DNA of 64,000 nt from Aliagarivorans taiwanensis DSM 22990 (GTDB taxonomy: Bacteria; Pseudomonadota; Gammaproteobacteria; Enterobacterales; Celerinatantimonadaceae), in assembly GCF_000429505.1 (NCBI RefSeq), contig NZ_AUBZ01000013.1:3545-67544 (forward strand). The letters are read 5' to 3'. The position numbers and the translations under genes are program-made. The stretch's first letter is position 1. Each line of letters opens with the position of its first letter. Below are positions 10,555 through 19,091 of this stretch, in pieces. The notes under the pieces are model-generated. The model was not told where the DNA came from, did not search any database, and saw only the letters and a program-made list of their open reading frames with translations.

Positions 10555-11262
10555 TTGCAATATCTAAAAATCAAAGATGCCATTGTTGAGCAGATTGAAG
10601 ACGGCATGCTCACCGCTCGCCAAAAGCTGCCCGCCGAACGTAAGTTGGCGGAGGCCTTCGATACCACCCGAGTCACCTTGCGTGAGGCCTTGTCGATGCT
10701 CGAAGCCGAAGGGCGGGTTTATCGGGAAGACCGTCGCGGTTGGTTTGTCTCACCCGAGCCGATGTCCTACGACCCAACCCAAACGCTCAACTTCACTAAT
10801 ATGGCCTTGGCGCAGCAGCGCCAGCCGCGCACCGAGCTGCTAGCCGCCAAGCAGGTATTGGCGAGCAAGCATGCAGCCAAGAAGCTCGAGCTGCCGCCGT
10901 TTTCCGATATCTACCGGATTGACCGGGTGCGTTACCTCGAAGAGCGGCCGGTGCTGTATGTGACCAACTTTATCCGCGCTGAGCTATTCCCCGATCTGCT
11001 GGAGCGCGATTGCTCACAAAACTCGCTGACCGATATCTATCGCGAGCACTATGGCGTGGAATACCAGCGCATCCGCTATCGCATTACCACCAGCTCCTTG
11101 CAGGGCGAGATCGCACAGGTGCTGCGGGCCACCGCTGGCACGCCGGCAATGGTAGTGGAGCGTATTAACTACAGCCAAACCGGCGAGCTGATCGATTGCG
11201 ATATCGAATACTGGCGTCACGATGCCATCTCCATCGACTCCATTGCTGAGTTAAGCGTTTAA
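10555..11262 (+). CDS. GntR/HutC-family transcriptional regulator (PhnR-like)
   Basis: N-terminal GntR wHTH (RKLAEAFDTTRVTLREAL) plus a C-terminal UTRA effector domain. Directly follows the permease gene. Confidence 0.8.
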   Translation: MQYLKIKDAIVEQIEDGMLTARQKLPAERKLAEAFDTTRVTLREALSMLEAEGRVYREDRRGWFVSPEPMSYDPTQTLNFTNMALAQQRQPRTELLAAKQVLASKHAAKKLELPPFSDIYRIDRVRYLEERPVLYVTNFIRAELFPDLLERDCSQNSLTDIYREHYGVEYQRIRYRITTSSLQGEIAQVLRATAGTPAMVVERINYSQTGELIDCDIEYWRHDAISIDSIAELSV

Positions 11263-11308
11263 GGTTTTCTTTCTCTGATGGGCCCAGCCGGGCCCATGTG
11301 GTACCGCT

Positions 11309-12211
11309 ATGTCTTTTTTTGCCGCTGCCTTAGTGGTGTTCTCCGCGTTATTGCATGCCGGATGGAACCTGCTGGGCAAATCCAATCAAGGTGGGGTGAT
11401 CGCTTACGCCCTGTTAGCCGCTCTCGCCGGCTTTGCCTTATTGAGCCCCTTTATCGCGTGGTATCTATTGGTGCTGGATATCACTGCCGTGCCGATGACC
11501 TTTTGGGCCTTAATTGGCGTAAGTGGCCTGTCGCAGGCTATCTATATTGCCGGTTTGGGCATGGCCTACAAGCAGGCTGACATTGGTTTAGTCTATCCAG
11601 TGGCGCGCGCCATGCCGGTGCTGCTGGTGGGCATGGTTACCGTATTGCTGGGGCAGCATCTAAGCAGCGCAGCGTGGTTGGGCTTTGGGCTGATTACCGC
11701 GGGCTGCGTACTGGTACCGCTGCAGCGTTTTAGCCAGATCAGGCTCTCCGCCTACCTGAACGGTGGCATGCTTTGGGCGATTGTTGCTGCGCTGGGCACG
11801 GTCGGCTACTCAGTGGCAGATAAGCAGGCGCTGGATGTGCTCGGTGGGCTGCCTGACAGCCACTTTGCTGATTGGCAGCATGCCCTGTTCTACGTGGGCA
11901 TCCAGTTTGGGGCGATGGCTCTGCCGCTGGCGATAATGCTGGCATGCTTGCGTACTGATAACGGCTTTGTCGCTGCTTGGCGCTGTCGCCGAGCCGCAGC
12001 ATTGACCGGATGGATGATGGCCGCCACTTATGGCATCGTGCTGTACGCCATGACCATGGTTGAGAACGTCAGCTATGTGGTGGCGCTGCGCCAGATCAGT
12101 ATCGTGTTTGGATTGGTGCTAGGCGTGTGGATATTGAACGAACGTTGGTATCACACCCGCGGCGTTGGCGTGCTACTGATCATCGGTGGTTTGGTGCTGG
12201 CGCTAAGTTAA
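11309..12211 (+). CDS. DMT/EamA-like 10-TM membrane transporter
   Basis: 300 aa, highly hydrophobic, with two repeated 5-TM halves. Confidence 0.55.
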   Translation: MSFFAAALVVFSALLHAGWNLLGKSNQGGVIAYALLAALAGFALLSPFIAWYLLVLDITAVPMTFWALIGVSGLSQAIYIAGLGMAYKQADIGLVYPVARAMPVLLVGMVTVLLGQHLSSAAWLGFGLITAGCVLVPLQRFSQIRLSAYLNGGMLWAIVAALGTVGYSVADKQALDVLGGLPDSHFADWQHALFYVGIQFGAMALPLAIMLACLRTDNGFVAAWRCRRAAALTGWMMAATYGIVLYAMTMVENVSYVVALRQISIVFGLVLGVWILNERWYHTRGVGVLLIIGGLVLALS

Positions 12212-12231
12212 CGAGGTTTGCTCTGCCAATA

Positions 12232-12263
12232 GGCACAAAAAAGCGCCAATCTGGGATTGGCGC
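12232..12263 (-). terminator. intrinsic terminator downstream of the Yip1-like gene
   Basis: Hairpin GCGCCAATCTGGGATTGGCGC preceded on the plus strand by an A7 run, giving a T-run on the minus strand. Confidence 0.55.
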
Positions 12264-12304
12264 GAATTGCACTTACATTACTAGGATGTGTTGCGAGAAA
12301 AGCG

Positions 12305-12919
12305 TTAATTGGTAAAGACTGGTCCGGTACCCGTTGACCACAAGATCACGGTGGAAATCATGATACACACAAGCATCACCAAGCCCACGGTGACCAAGCT
12401 GCTGGCATAAATAAAGCCGCGCTCTTCAGGGATGTGCATAATGATCGGCACCCCGGTGTAGAGCAGGTAGACCGCATAAGCCACGCCCACCAGACCGGCC
12501 AGCATCACAAACCATGGTTCTGGATACAAAGTGGCAAAGCCCACCATAAACAGCGGTGTGGCTACATAGGCTGACAGCTCCAGAGTTTGCTGGTAGGTGG
12601 TATCGGCATTAAAGGTTTTGGCCATCCACAGCGCCGCATAGGCCAGGCTCATTACGCCGATGGTTAATGCTCCGTACATCGCAACCGACATATACAGCGC
12701 GCTACCTGCGGTTAAGTAAAAGCGGTTGTCACCGACATGCCAGCCGATGTGAACGGTAGAAAAGTAGCTGCAGATGGCAGGAATTAGTGCCACCAACAAT
12801 AGGTGTAACAGACTGGCACCGATGCCCTCGTGGTGCTGATCGATGTCCTTCCATTCTTCTTTTGTGTGTGAAGCGAGTCCCCAAACATGACTAAAAAGCA
12901 TTGCTGATCCCTCAATCAA
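12305..12919 (-). CDS. Yip1-family inner membrane protein
   Basis: 204 aa with 5 predicted TM helices and a Yip1/DUF1282-like topology. Confidence 0.5.
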   Translation of the reverse strand: MIEGSAMLFSHVWGLASHTKEEWKDIDQHHEGIGASLLHLLLVALIPAICSYFSTVHIGWHVGDNRFYLTAGSALYMSVAMYGALTIGVMSLAYAALWMAKTFNADTTYQQTLELSAYVATPLFMVGFATLYPEPWFVMLAGLVGVAYAVYLLYTGVPIIMHIPEERGFIYASSLVTVGLVMLVCIMISTVILWSTGTGPVFTN

Positions 12920-13096
12920 AAGTTAACAACTGTGTAACATCGTTTATCTAGTAATGAACGAGGAATGCGGGGGAGTCAAGCCTGTAGAGCGGAACTTTTT
13001 ATGGCACGTGGTTGTTGTTTGAGGCAGTTAATCGCTTAATAAACAAACGATTAAGTGAATGGCAGGGCCTAATCGGCGGCGCTGCCACAACACAGT

Positions 13097-13840
13097 TTAT
13101 TGAGCTTGATCAAGCTCCAGTTGCTCGCCGTTGGCTGTTAACACAATAGTCTCAGGGGTCACTTTGAGCACGCTGCTTTGGCTGTACCAGTCGCCCAGTA
13201 CGATGCGCTGGCCATGCTTACCGTTGTCGCGTGGGTGGAACGCCGGGCGATGGGTGTGGCCGTGGATCATGTAGTCGAGCTTCATACGGAAGAAGCGCTG
13301 TTCCACCTCGTCGGCATTCACATCCATGATTTCGAAGGTTTTTCCCTTCTTGGAGCGTTTGCTATTACTGCGAATGCGCTCGGCAATCTTCTCACGCACA
13401 AACAGCGGCATAAGTAAAAACAGCCGGCGTAGCCAGGGGCTTTGGGTTTTGCGGCGGTACTCTTGGTATTGCACATCGTCGGTACAGAGGGTGTCACCGT
13501 GCAGGATCAGCACCTTTTTGCCGTAAAGATTCAGCAGGTGCTCTTCTTCGAGCAGCACCATGCCACAGGCCTTGGCGTAGCGCTTGCCCAACATAAAGTC
13601 GCGGTTGCCGTGGATGTAGTAGCAATCTACACCTTGCTCGCTCAGCGCTTTGAGCTTGTCGGCCACATCGCGGGTGAGGGCGGAGGTGTCATCATCGCCA
13701 ATCCAGTATTCGAACAGATCGCCGAGGATATAGAGGGCGTCTGCGCCGGGGGCGTCCTTGCTGAGAAATTCCAGAAATGCCCCGACGATGTCGGGGCGTT
13801 CCTCACTCAGATGGAGATCGGAAATAAAGTAACTGTGCAC
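13097..13840 (-). CDS. lpxH: UDP-2,3-diacylglucosamine diphosphatase
   Basis: MHSYFISDLHLSEERPDIV...ALYILGDLFEYWIGDDD...HGNRDF...HGHTHRP is collinear with E. coli LpxH (calcineurin-like metallophosphatase). Confidence 0.9.
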   Translation of the reverse strand: MHSYFISDLHLSEERPDIVGAFLEFLSKDAPGADALYILGDLFEYWIGDDDTSALTRDVADKLKALSEQGVDCYYIHGNRDFMLGKRYAKACGMVLLEEEHLLNLYGKKVLILHGDTLCTDDVQYQEYRRKTQSPWLRRLFLLMPLFVREKIAERIRSNSKRSKKGKTFEIMDVNADEVEQRFFRMKLDYMIHGHTHRPAFHPRDNGKHGQRIVLGDWYSQSSVLKVTPETIVLTANGEQLELDQAQ

Positions 13841-13843
13841 GGC

Positions 13844-14341
13844 TTAGTCGGCAACGGTCACTGATTCGATCACAATCTCTTCCAGTGGTACGTCTTGGTG
13901 AACGTAACCAAAGTTACCGGTGGCGACGCCTTTGATCTTGTTCACTACGTCCATGCCTTCGGTCACTTTACCGAATACACAGTAGCCCCAGCCTTCGGTG
14001 GTTTCTGCTTTGAAATCCAGGAAGGTGTTGTTGTTCACGTTGATGAAGAACTGGGCAGACGCTGAATGCGGGTCCATGGTACGCGCCATAGCGATGGTGC
14101 CAGTCTCGTTAGACAGGCCATTGTTGGCTTCGTTTTTGATCGGAGCGCGGGTCTCTTTCTCTTCCATACCAGAGGCCATGCCGCCGCCCTGAACCATAAA
14201 GCCATCGATTACGCGGTGGAAGATGGTGCCGTTGTAGAAACCATCGCGCGCGTAGGTCAAAAAGTTAGCCGCGGTTTCTGGTGCTTTTTCAGCATCCAGG
14301 CTTAGGGTGATGTCGCCCATGTTGGTGTGTAGAGTAACCAT
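13844..14341 (-). CDS. ppiB: peptidyl-prolyl cis-trans isomerase B (cyclophilin)
   Basis: [28 protein letters not shown]...[14 protein letters not shown] is near-identical in layout to E. coli PpiB. Confidence 0.9.
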   Translation of the reverse strand: MVTLHTNMGDITLSLDAEKAPETAANFLTYARDGFYNGTIFHRVIDGFMVQGGGMASGMEEKETRAPIKNEANNGLSNETGTIAMARTMDPHSASAQFFINVNNNTFLDFKAETTEGWGYCVFGKVTEGMDVVNKIKGVATGNFGYVHQDVPLEEIVIESVTVAD

Positions 14342-14476
14342 CGTGTTTCCTTAAACAGTCTGTTTGTCGTTGAGCCCCGATTCTAAACGCATCCACCGAG
14401 GAAATCAGCTGTTTATTCCGAGACACGGTGCTAGAATACGGGCCTTTATATCAGTACTAATCAGTAATCAGGAAGC

Positions 14477-15865
14477 TTGTCGATGTTGCAAATCTACAAC
14501 ACTCTCACCCGTAAGAAAGAAGTGTTTAAACCTTTAGTTGAAGGAAAGGTGGGAATGTATGTCTGTGGTGTCACCATCTACGATTACTGTCACATCGGCC
14601 ATGCTCGCACCTTTGTCTCTTTTGACACCGTAGCTCGCTACCTGCGTTGGTCTGGCTACGACCTGACCTATGTGCGCAACATCACCGATGTAGACGACAA
14701 GATCATCAAGCGCGCTGCCGAAAATAACGAGAGCTGCGATGCACTTACCGAGCGCTTCACCAAGGCGATGCACGAAGATTTCGATGCGCTGAATATGATT
14801 CGCCCCGACATCGAGCCTACCGTGACCACCCATATGGATGAAATCATCGCGATCATCCAAAAGCTGGTGGACAAGGGCTACGCCTACCAAGCTGACAACG
14901 GCGACGTGCTGTTTGAAGTAAGCAAGTACGACGAGTACGGCAAGCTGAGCCAGCAAAACCTCGAGATGCTGCAAGCCGGTGCCCGAGTCGAAGTCGAGCA
15001 AGACAAGCGCGACCCGCTGGACTTTGTACTGTGGAAGCAGGCCAAGCCTGGTGAGCCAGACTGGGACAGCCCATGGGGCAAAGGTCGCCCGGGTTGGCAC
15101 ATCGAGTGTTCAGCGATGAACATGAAGCACTTGGGCGATGTGTTCGACATCCACGGCGGTGGCTCGGATCTGGCCTTCCCGCACCACGAGAACGAAGTGG
15201 CGCAGAGCTGCTGTGCCCACGACACCAACTACGTTAACTACTGGATGCACTCCGGTATGGTGCAGGTGAACAAAGAGAAGATGTCCAAGTCCTTGAACAA
15301 CTTCTTCACCATCCGCGATGTATTGGAAGTATACGACGCGGAAACCGTGCGCTACTTCCTGCTGTCGGGCCACTACCGTAGCCAGCTGAACTACTCAGAA
15401 CACAATCTCAAGCAAAGCCGGGCATCCTTGGAGCGCCTGTACACGTCCTTACGCGATGTAGCGCCTCAGCCGGTATCCGATGAGCTCGCCGCGCCTTACC
15501 GCGAGCAATTCAAACAGGCGATGGACGATGACTTCAACACCCCAGAAGCCTTCCCGGTATTCTTCGAACTGGCCAAAGAGATCAACCGCCTGAAGAGCGA
15601 ACATGCCGCTAAGGCTGGCGAGTATGCCCAACTACTACTGGAGCTAACTGCAGTACTGGGCATCTGTCAGCAAGAGCCTGCCAGCTTCTTGCAAGGCGAC
15701 CAAGGCGGCGATGAAGCGGCTGAGATTGAAGCGCTGATTAAAGCCCGTAACGAAGCTCGCGCAGCTAAAGACTGGGCAGCGGCCGATGCAGCGCGTGATG
15801 CCTTGAACGCCCTTAATGTGGTGCTGGAAGATGGCCCGCAGGGGACCACTTGGCGCAAAGCCTAG
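14477..15865 (+). CDS. cysS: cysteine--tRNA ligase
   Basis: HIGH motif (CHIGHARTF), KMSKS motif, Zn-binding Cys residues; 462 aa. Confidence 0.95.
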   Translation: MSMLQIYNTLTRKKEVFKPLVEGKVGMYVCGVTIYDYCHIGHARTFVSFDTVARYLRWSGYDLTYVRNITDVDDKIIKRAAENNESCDALTERFTKAMHEDFDALNMIRPDIEPTVTTHMDEIIAIIQKLVDKGYAYQADNGDVLFEVSKYDEYGKLSQQNLEMLQAGARVEVEQDKRDPLDFVLWKQAKPGEPDWDSPWGKGRPGWHIECSAMNMKHLGDVFDIHGGGSDLAFPHHENEVAQSCCAHDTNYVNYWMHSGMVQVNKEKMSKSLNNFFTIRDVLEVYDAETVRYFLLSGHYRSQLNYSEHNLKQSRASLERLYTSLRDVAPQPVSDELAAPYREQFKQAMDDDFNTPEAFPVFFELAKEINRLKSEHAAKAGEYAQLLLELTAVLGICQQEPASFLQGDQGGDEAAEIEALIKARNEARAAKDWAAADAARDALNALNVVLEDGPQGTTWRKA

Positions 15866-15895
15866 GCACTCGCTGCTAATGTGAGTAATTGAAAA

Positions 15896-15925
15896 AGCCA
15901 CAACCTCGGTTGTGGCTTTTGTTTA
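15896..15925 (+). terminator. rho-independent terminator after cysS
   Basis: Hairpin GCCACAACCtcggTTGTGGC followed by TTTTGTTT. Confidence 0.8.
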
Positions 15926-15947
15926 TCTAGATGTTTTAAGCTCTTAG

Positions 15948-16024
15948 CTTCGGGCTTCGGGCTTCGGGCTTCGGGCTTCGGGCTTCGGGCTTCGGGCTTC
16001 GGGTTTCGGGCTTCGGGCTTCGGG
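15948..16024. repeat. heptanucleotide tandem repeat (CTTCGGG)x11, ten perfect units and one TTTCGGG variant
   Basis: Direct reading of the sequence. Lies between the cysS terminator and the start of the DUF2868-like gene. Confidence 0.95.
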
Positions 16025-16060
16025 CTCATTATTGTTGTGGTGGTCTAGTAAGGGGAAGGT

Positions 16061-17392
16061 TTGCGGGTTATCCAAGGCATCATCGAGTTTGTTCAGTGTA
16101 AGCGCGCGTTGGCCAGCTATGAGCAACAGCGCAAAGGCTCTCAGCAACAGGACAAGGGTTTTGAGCAGCAGCGCAATGGTTCTCAGAAACAGCATAATCG
16201 CTTTCCAGACCATCCTCTTTCTGCCGCGCAGCGCCAAGGGCTTAGCGATTGGCAGGTATTACGCAGCTGGCGCGCTCAAGCGAATAGTTCTTTGTTAAGC
16301 GGCGCTCCGTTACTAAACCGTGTCTCTTTGCATTGGTTTAGCCTGCTGGGCGCTCTGCTTGGCATTACCACCATGTTTGGTTTGCTTTCCTACTCGGGCC
16401 AACAGCCCATCAACCTTCTTTACTTGCTACTGGTGTTTGGACCGCTGCAGTGGCTGATGATGGCGCTCTCCTTATTGAGCTTACGCGGGCAGGGCATCGC
16501 TTGGGTGAAGCTAATGCTACGCAAGCTGCCGGTGGAGGGCTTGCCCTCGCAAGTTAGGCGCTGGGCGCTGTTCTATCTCTCCCATTGGACTGGCCTGTGT
16601 TTTGCCATCGGTGCTGCGTTGTGTTTGCTGGTGATGGTGCTGGTACAAGATCTGGCTTTTGTCTGGGCCACCACCATTGAGGTGGGCGCGCAGGGGCTAA
16701 GTGCGCTACTGGTAAGCTTGTCTGCACCATGGAGTGCTTGGTGGCCAGCTGCCGGTGTCGACCCGCAACTGGTGGCGGATACCCAGTTTTTCCGTATGAG
16801 CGGCGCTAACCAACTGGTGAACGCCAGCCTGTATGGCCGCTGGTGGCCATTTGTGTTGGCCTTTGTGCTGTTTTACTGCCTGCTACCGCGAGCGGTATTG
16901 TTTGCCGTGGGCAACTGGCGCTGCGCCAAGTTGTTAGATGGCCTACCTGCCGCCGATCCGCAGATAGCGTCCTTACTGGCGCACTGGCGTGCCCAACAAG
17001 TTGATACCAGCAGTGCAGTGGAAGATGCCCATGTCGCGCTTGACTCAAATACGTCAGGCGACGCTATCCAGGTGCTGACTGAGCTGCCAAGCCCGCTGCT
17101 TTACTGGGGGCTGGAGCCGCACGAGCTAGGAGCACTCAGCCCGAATGACGGCGAGCGGCGGCCGCTCAGTCAAGCCCGTGGCAATGAGACTATGTTGCTG
17201 GTCCCCGGCTGGGAGCCGCCCTTGGGCGCACTGGCGGATAGCCTGGCCAGCCCCGTGGTTGAACAGCTTAGCTTGGTATTACTGCCGCTGGATGGGGCGC
17301 TCAGCGATGCCGATATTCAGAGCTGGCTGCTGTTTGCTGAGTGCCAAGCGAAGCTAAACGCGCTTTACTTGCTGGAGGGGAAGCATGCCTAA
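16061..17392 (+). CDS. DUF2868-like polytopic membrane protein with a Q-rich N-terminal region
   Basis: 443 aa. Putative TTG start preceded by AGGGGAAGG. N-terminus contains an imperfect 14-aa tandem repeat (EQQRKGSQQQDKGF / EQQRNGSQKQHNRF) followed by multiple TM helices. Stop overlaps the GTPase gene start by 8 bp. The exact start is uncertain. Confidence 0.55.
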   Translation: MRVIQGIIEFVQCKRALASYEQQRKGSQQQDKGFEQQRNGSQKQHNRFPDHPLSAAQRQGLSDWQVLRSWRAQANSSLLSGAPLLNRVSLHWFSLLGALLGITTMFGLLSYSGQQPINLLYLLLVFGPLQWLMMALSLLSLRGQGIAWVKLMLRKLPVEGLPSQVRRWALFYLSHWTGLCFAIGAALCLLVMVLVQDLAFVWATTIEVGAQGLSALLVSLSAPWSAWWPAAGVDPQLVADTQFFRMSGANQLVNASLYGRWWPFVLAFVLFYCLLPRAVLFAVGNWRCAKLLDGLPAADPQIASLLAHWRAQQVDTSSAVEDAHVALDSNTSGDAIQVLTELPSPLLYWGLEPHELGALSPNDGERRPLSQARGNETMLLVPGWEPPLGALADSLASPVVEQLSLVLLPLDGALSDADIQSWLLFAECQAKLNALYLLEGKHA

Positions 17393-18746
17393 GTTTGTAG
17401 TGGTCGGTCACCCCAATAAGGGTAAGTCCAGCCTGGTGGCAACGCTGGCGCAGAACGATCAAATTGGTATATCGGCGCTCTCTGGCACCACGGTAAAAGC
17501 CACTCACTACGCGATGCAAGCCTCTGGCAGCCTCTGCTACGAGTTGGTCGATACCCCCGGCTTTCAGCGGGCAGAAGCACTGCTGGCCATCTTGCGCGAA
17601 CAAGCCGATGACGCAGCTCGCCGCGCTGAGGCGATAACTAGCTGGCTGGCCCAAAGCGGCGATGACTTCCCTGACGAGCGGGCCTTGCTGGCGCCGGTGA
17701 TGGATGAGGACGCTGCGCTCATCTACGTGGTAGACGGCGCCAAGCCCTATCGCAGCCACTATGAAGCGGAGATGGAAATCCTGCGCTGGACCGGGCGACC
17801 GCGGCTGGCCATTATCAACCCGATCAACGGCAATCGCTATGCCGAGCAATGGCGCAGTGCGCTCGACCAATACTTCAGCTTGGTGGTGGACTTTGACCCC
17901 TTACAGGCCAGTTTCGAGCAGCAACTGGCCCTGCTACGTAACTTCGCCACCCTAAAACAGAGCTGGCAACAGCCATTGGCCCATGCGATTGATGCGCTAC
18001 AGCAGCAACGCGAAGACAAGGTGTCAGCGGCCCTCAATCAGTTGCAATCTGGTCTAGAGGAGCTGCTGAACTTCCGCTTGAGCAGTCCGGTGGGCCAGCA
18101 GGATGAGGCAGCCAAGCAAAAGTTGTTCACCGACTATCAGCATGCCTTGCTGCAGCACGAACGCGCGCTGCGTGAGCGGCTGCAAGCCAGTCTGTCCCAC
18201 TATCACTACCAGCAACCCGACGAGCAGATGTTGCTCGATAGCAGCGAGCTGTTCGACCCCAAGCAGTGGCAACTGTGGGGGCTGCCACGCAAGCAGCTTA
18301 CCTGGCTGGCGGCGGGCTCCGGCGGTGCGGCTGGTGCCATGGTAGATTTGGGGCTTAGTGCGGGCACCTTTATGCTTGGCGCTGTGGTGGGCTCGGTGGC
18401 CTCGGCTGGCAGTGTTTGGCTGTGGGGCGACAAGCTGGCCAAGGTGTCGAACAACAACAAACAGCAGCAGCTGACCATTGGCCCGGTAAAGAATCTGGCA
18501 TTCAGTTGGGTGTTGCTGGCTCGTCAGCTGTATCTCATTGACAGCCTGCTGGGGCGCAACCATGCCCGCCGGGATGTGCCCAACTTGGAGCAGCTTGCGC
18601 AGGCGCAACAGCAGACCCGAGCACGCCTGGAGGCCTTGGGGCAAAAGGAGAAGCTACAGATAAGTCTTTGGCTACAAGGGCGAAAAGTGCCGGGAAATCA
18701 GCAGAAAACACTGCAAATACTAAAAACTCTTCTTGTTTATCGCTAA
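17385..18746 (+). CDS. GTPase-domain protein with C-terminal membrane region (DUF3482-type)
   Basis: N-terminal P-loop GHPNKGKSSLV with DTPG and NPIN (NKxD-like) GTPase motifs, Era/EngA-like. The C-terminal half has a coiled coil and two hydrophobic segments. Confidence 0.7.
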   Translation: MPKFVVVGHPNKGKSSLVATLAQNDQIGISALSGTTVKATHYAMQASGSLCYELVDTPGFQRAEALLAILREQADDAARRAEAITSWLAQSGDDFPDERALLAPVMDEDAALIYVVDGAKPYRSHYEAEMEILRWTGRPRLAIINPINGNRYAEQWRSALDQYFSLVVDFDPLQASFEQQLALLRNFATLKQSWQQPLAHAIDALQQQREDKVSAALNQLQSGLEELLNFRLSSPVGQQDEAAKQKLFTDYQHALLQHERALRERLQASLSHYHYQQPDEQMLLDSSELFDPKQWQLWGLPRKQLTWLAAGSGGAAGAMVDLGLSAGTFMLGAVVGSVASAGSVWLWGDKLAKVSNNNKQQQLTIGPVKNLAFSWVLLARQLYLIDSLLGRNHARRDVPNLEQLAQAQQQTRARLEALGQKEKLQISLWLQGRKVPGNQQKTLQILKTLLVYR

Positions 18747-18748
18747 CT

Positions 18749-18776
18749 CCGTGCTACAAAGCACGGCCGTTTGTGA
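18749..18776 (+). terminator. possible terminator after the GTPase gene
   Basis: Hairpin CCGTGCTacaaAGCACGG followed by a weak T-tract (CCGTTTGTG). Confidence 0.4.
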
Positions 18777-19091
18777 TACCGCTCAAGCATAGTGTGTTAA
18801 CAATGTGATCTATTGAGCAGGTTGACAATACATTGCTTGTTGTTTGCTTCCCCCTCATTGGATGATGGCCGTGGCTGTAGATCAAAGGATTGATTGTTTG
18901 CCAATCTGGATTGTACCTGCCGATTATCAGGGATGCTTAATCATAATAACCGCGACCGTAATCGGTGTGATCTGCTCTGTTTGGCTAATACAGAGCGACC
19001 CCAAACCAGGAGCCCGCGCATAGACGCAAGCTATAGCTCAGGTCACAGCCCGTAAGTCCGAAGAGACACATAAAAAATACGGGAAAGTACA

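Noticed and set aside
12920-13096. Short inverted repeats (TTAATCG...CGATTAA) in the lpxH/Yip1 intergenic region; considered as a possible second MITE copy.
   Set aside because: The stems are only 7 bp. There is no similarity to the 57978-58242 element and no terminal inverted repeats or target duplication.
15944-16237. 97-aa minus-strand ORF ending in PKPEARS repeats.
   Set aside because: It is simply a translation of the heptanucleotide tandem array plus the antisense of the DUF2868-like gene start. The repeat period of 7 bp is not codon-compatible, and no RBS is present.
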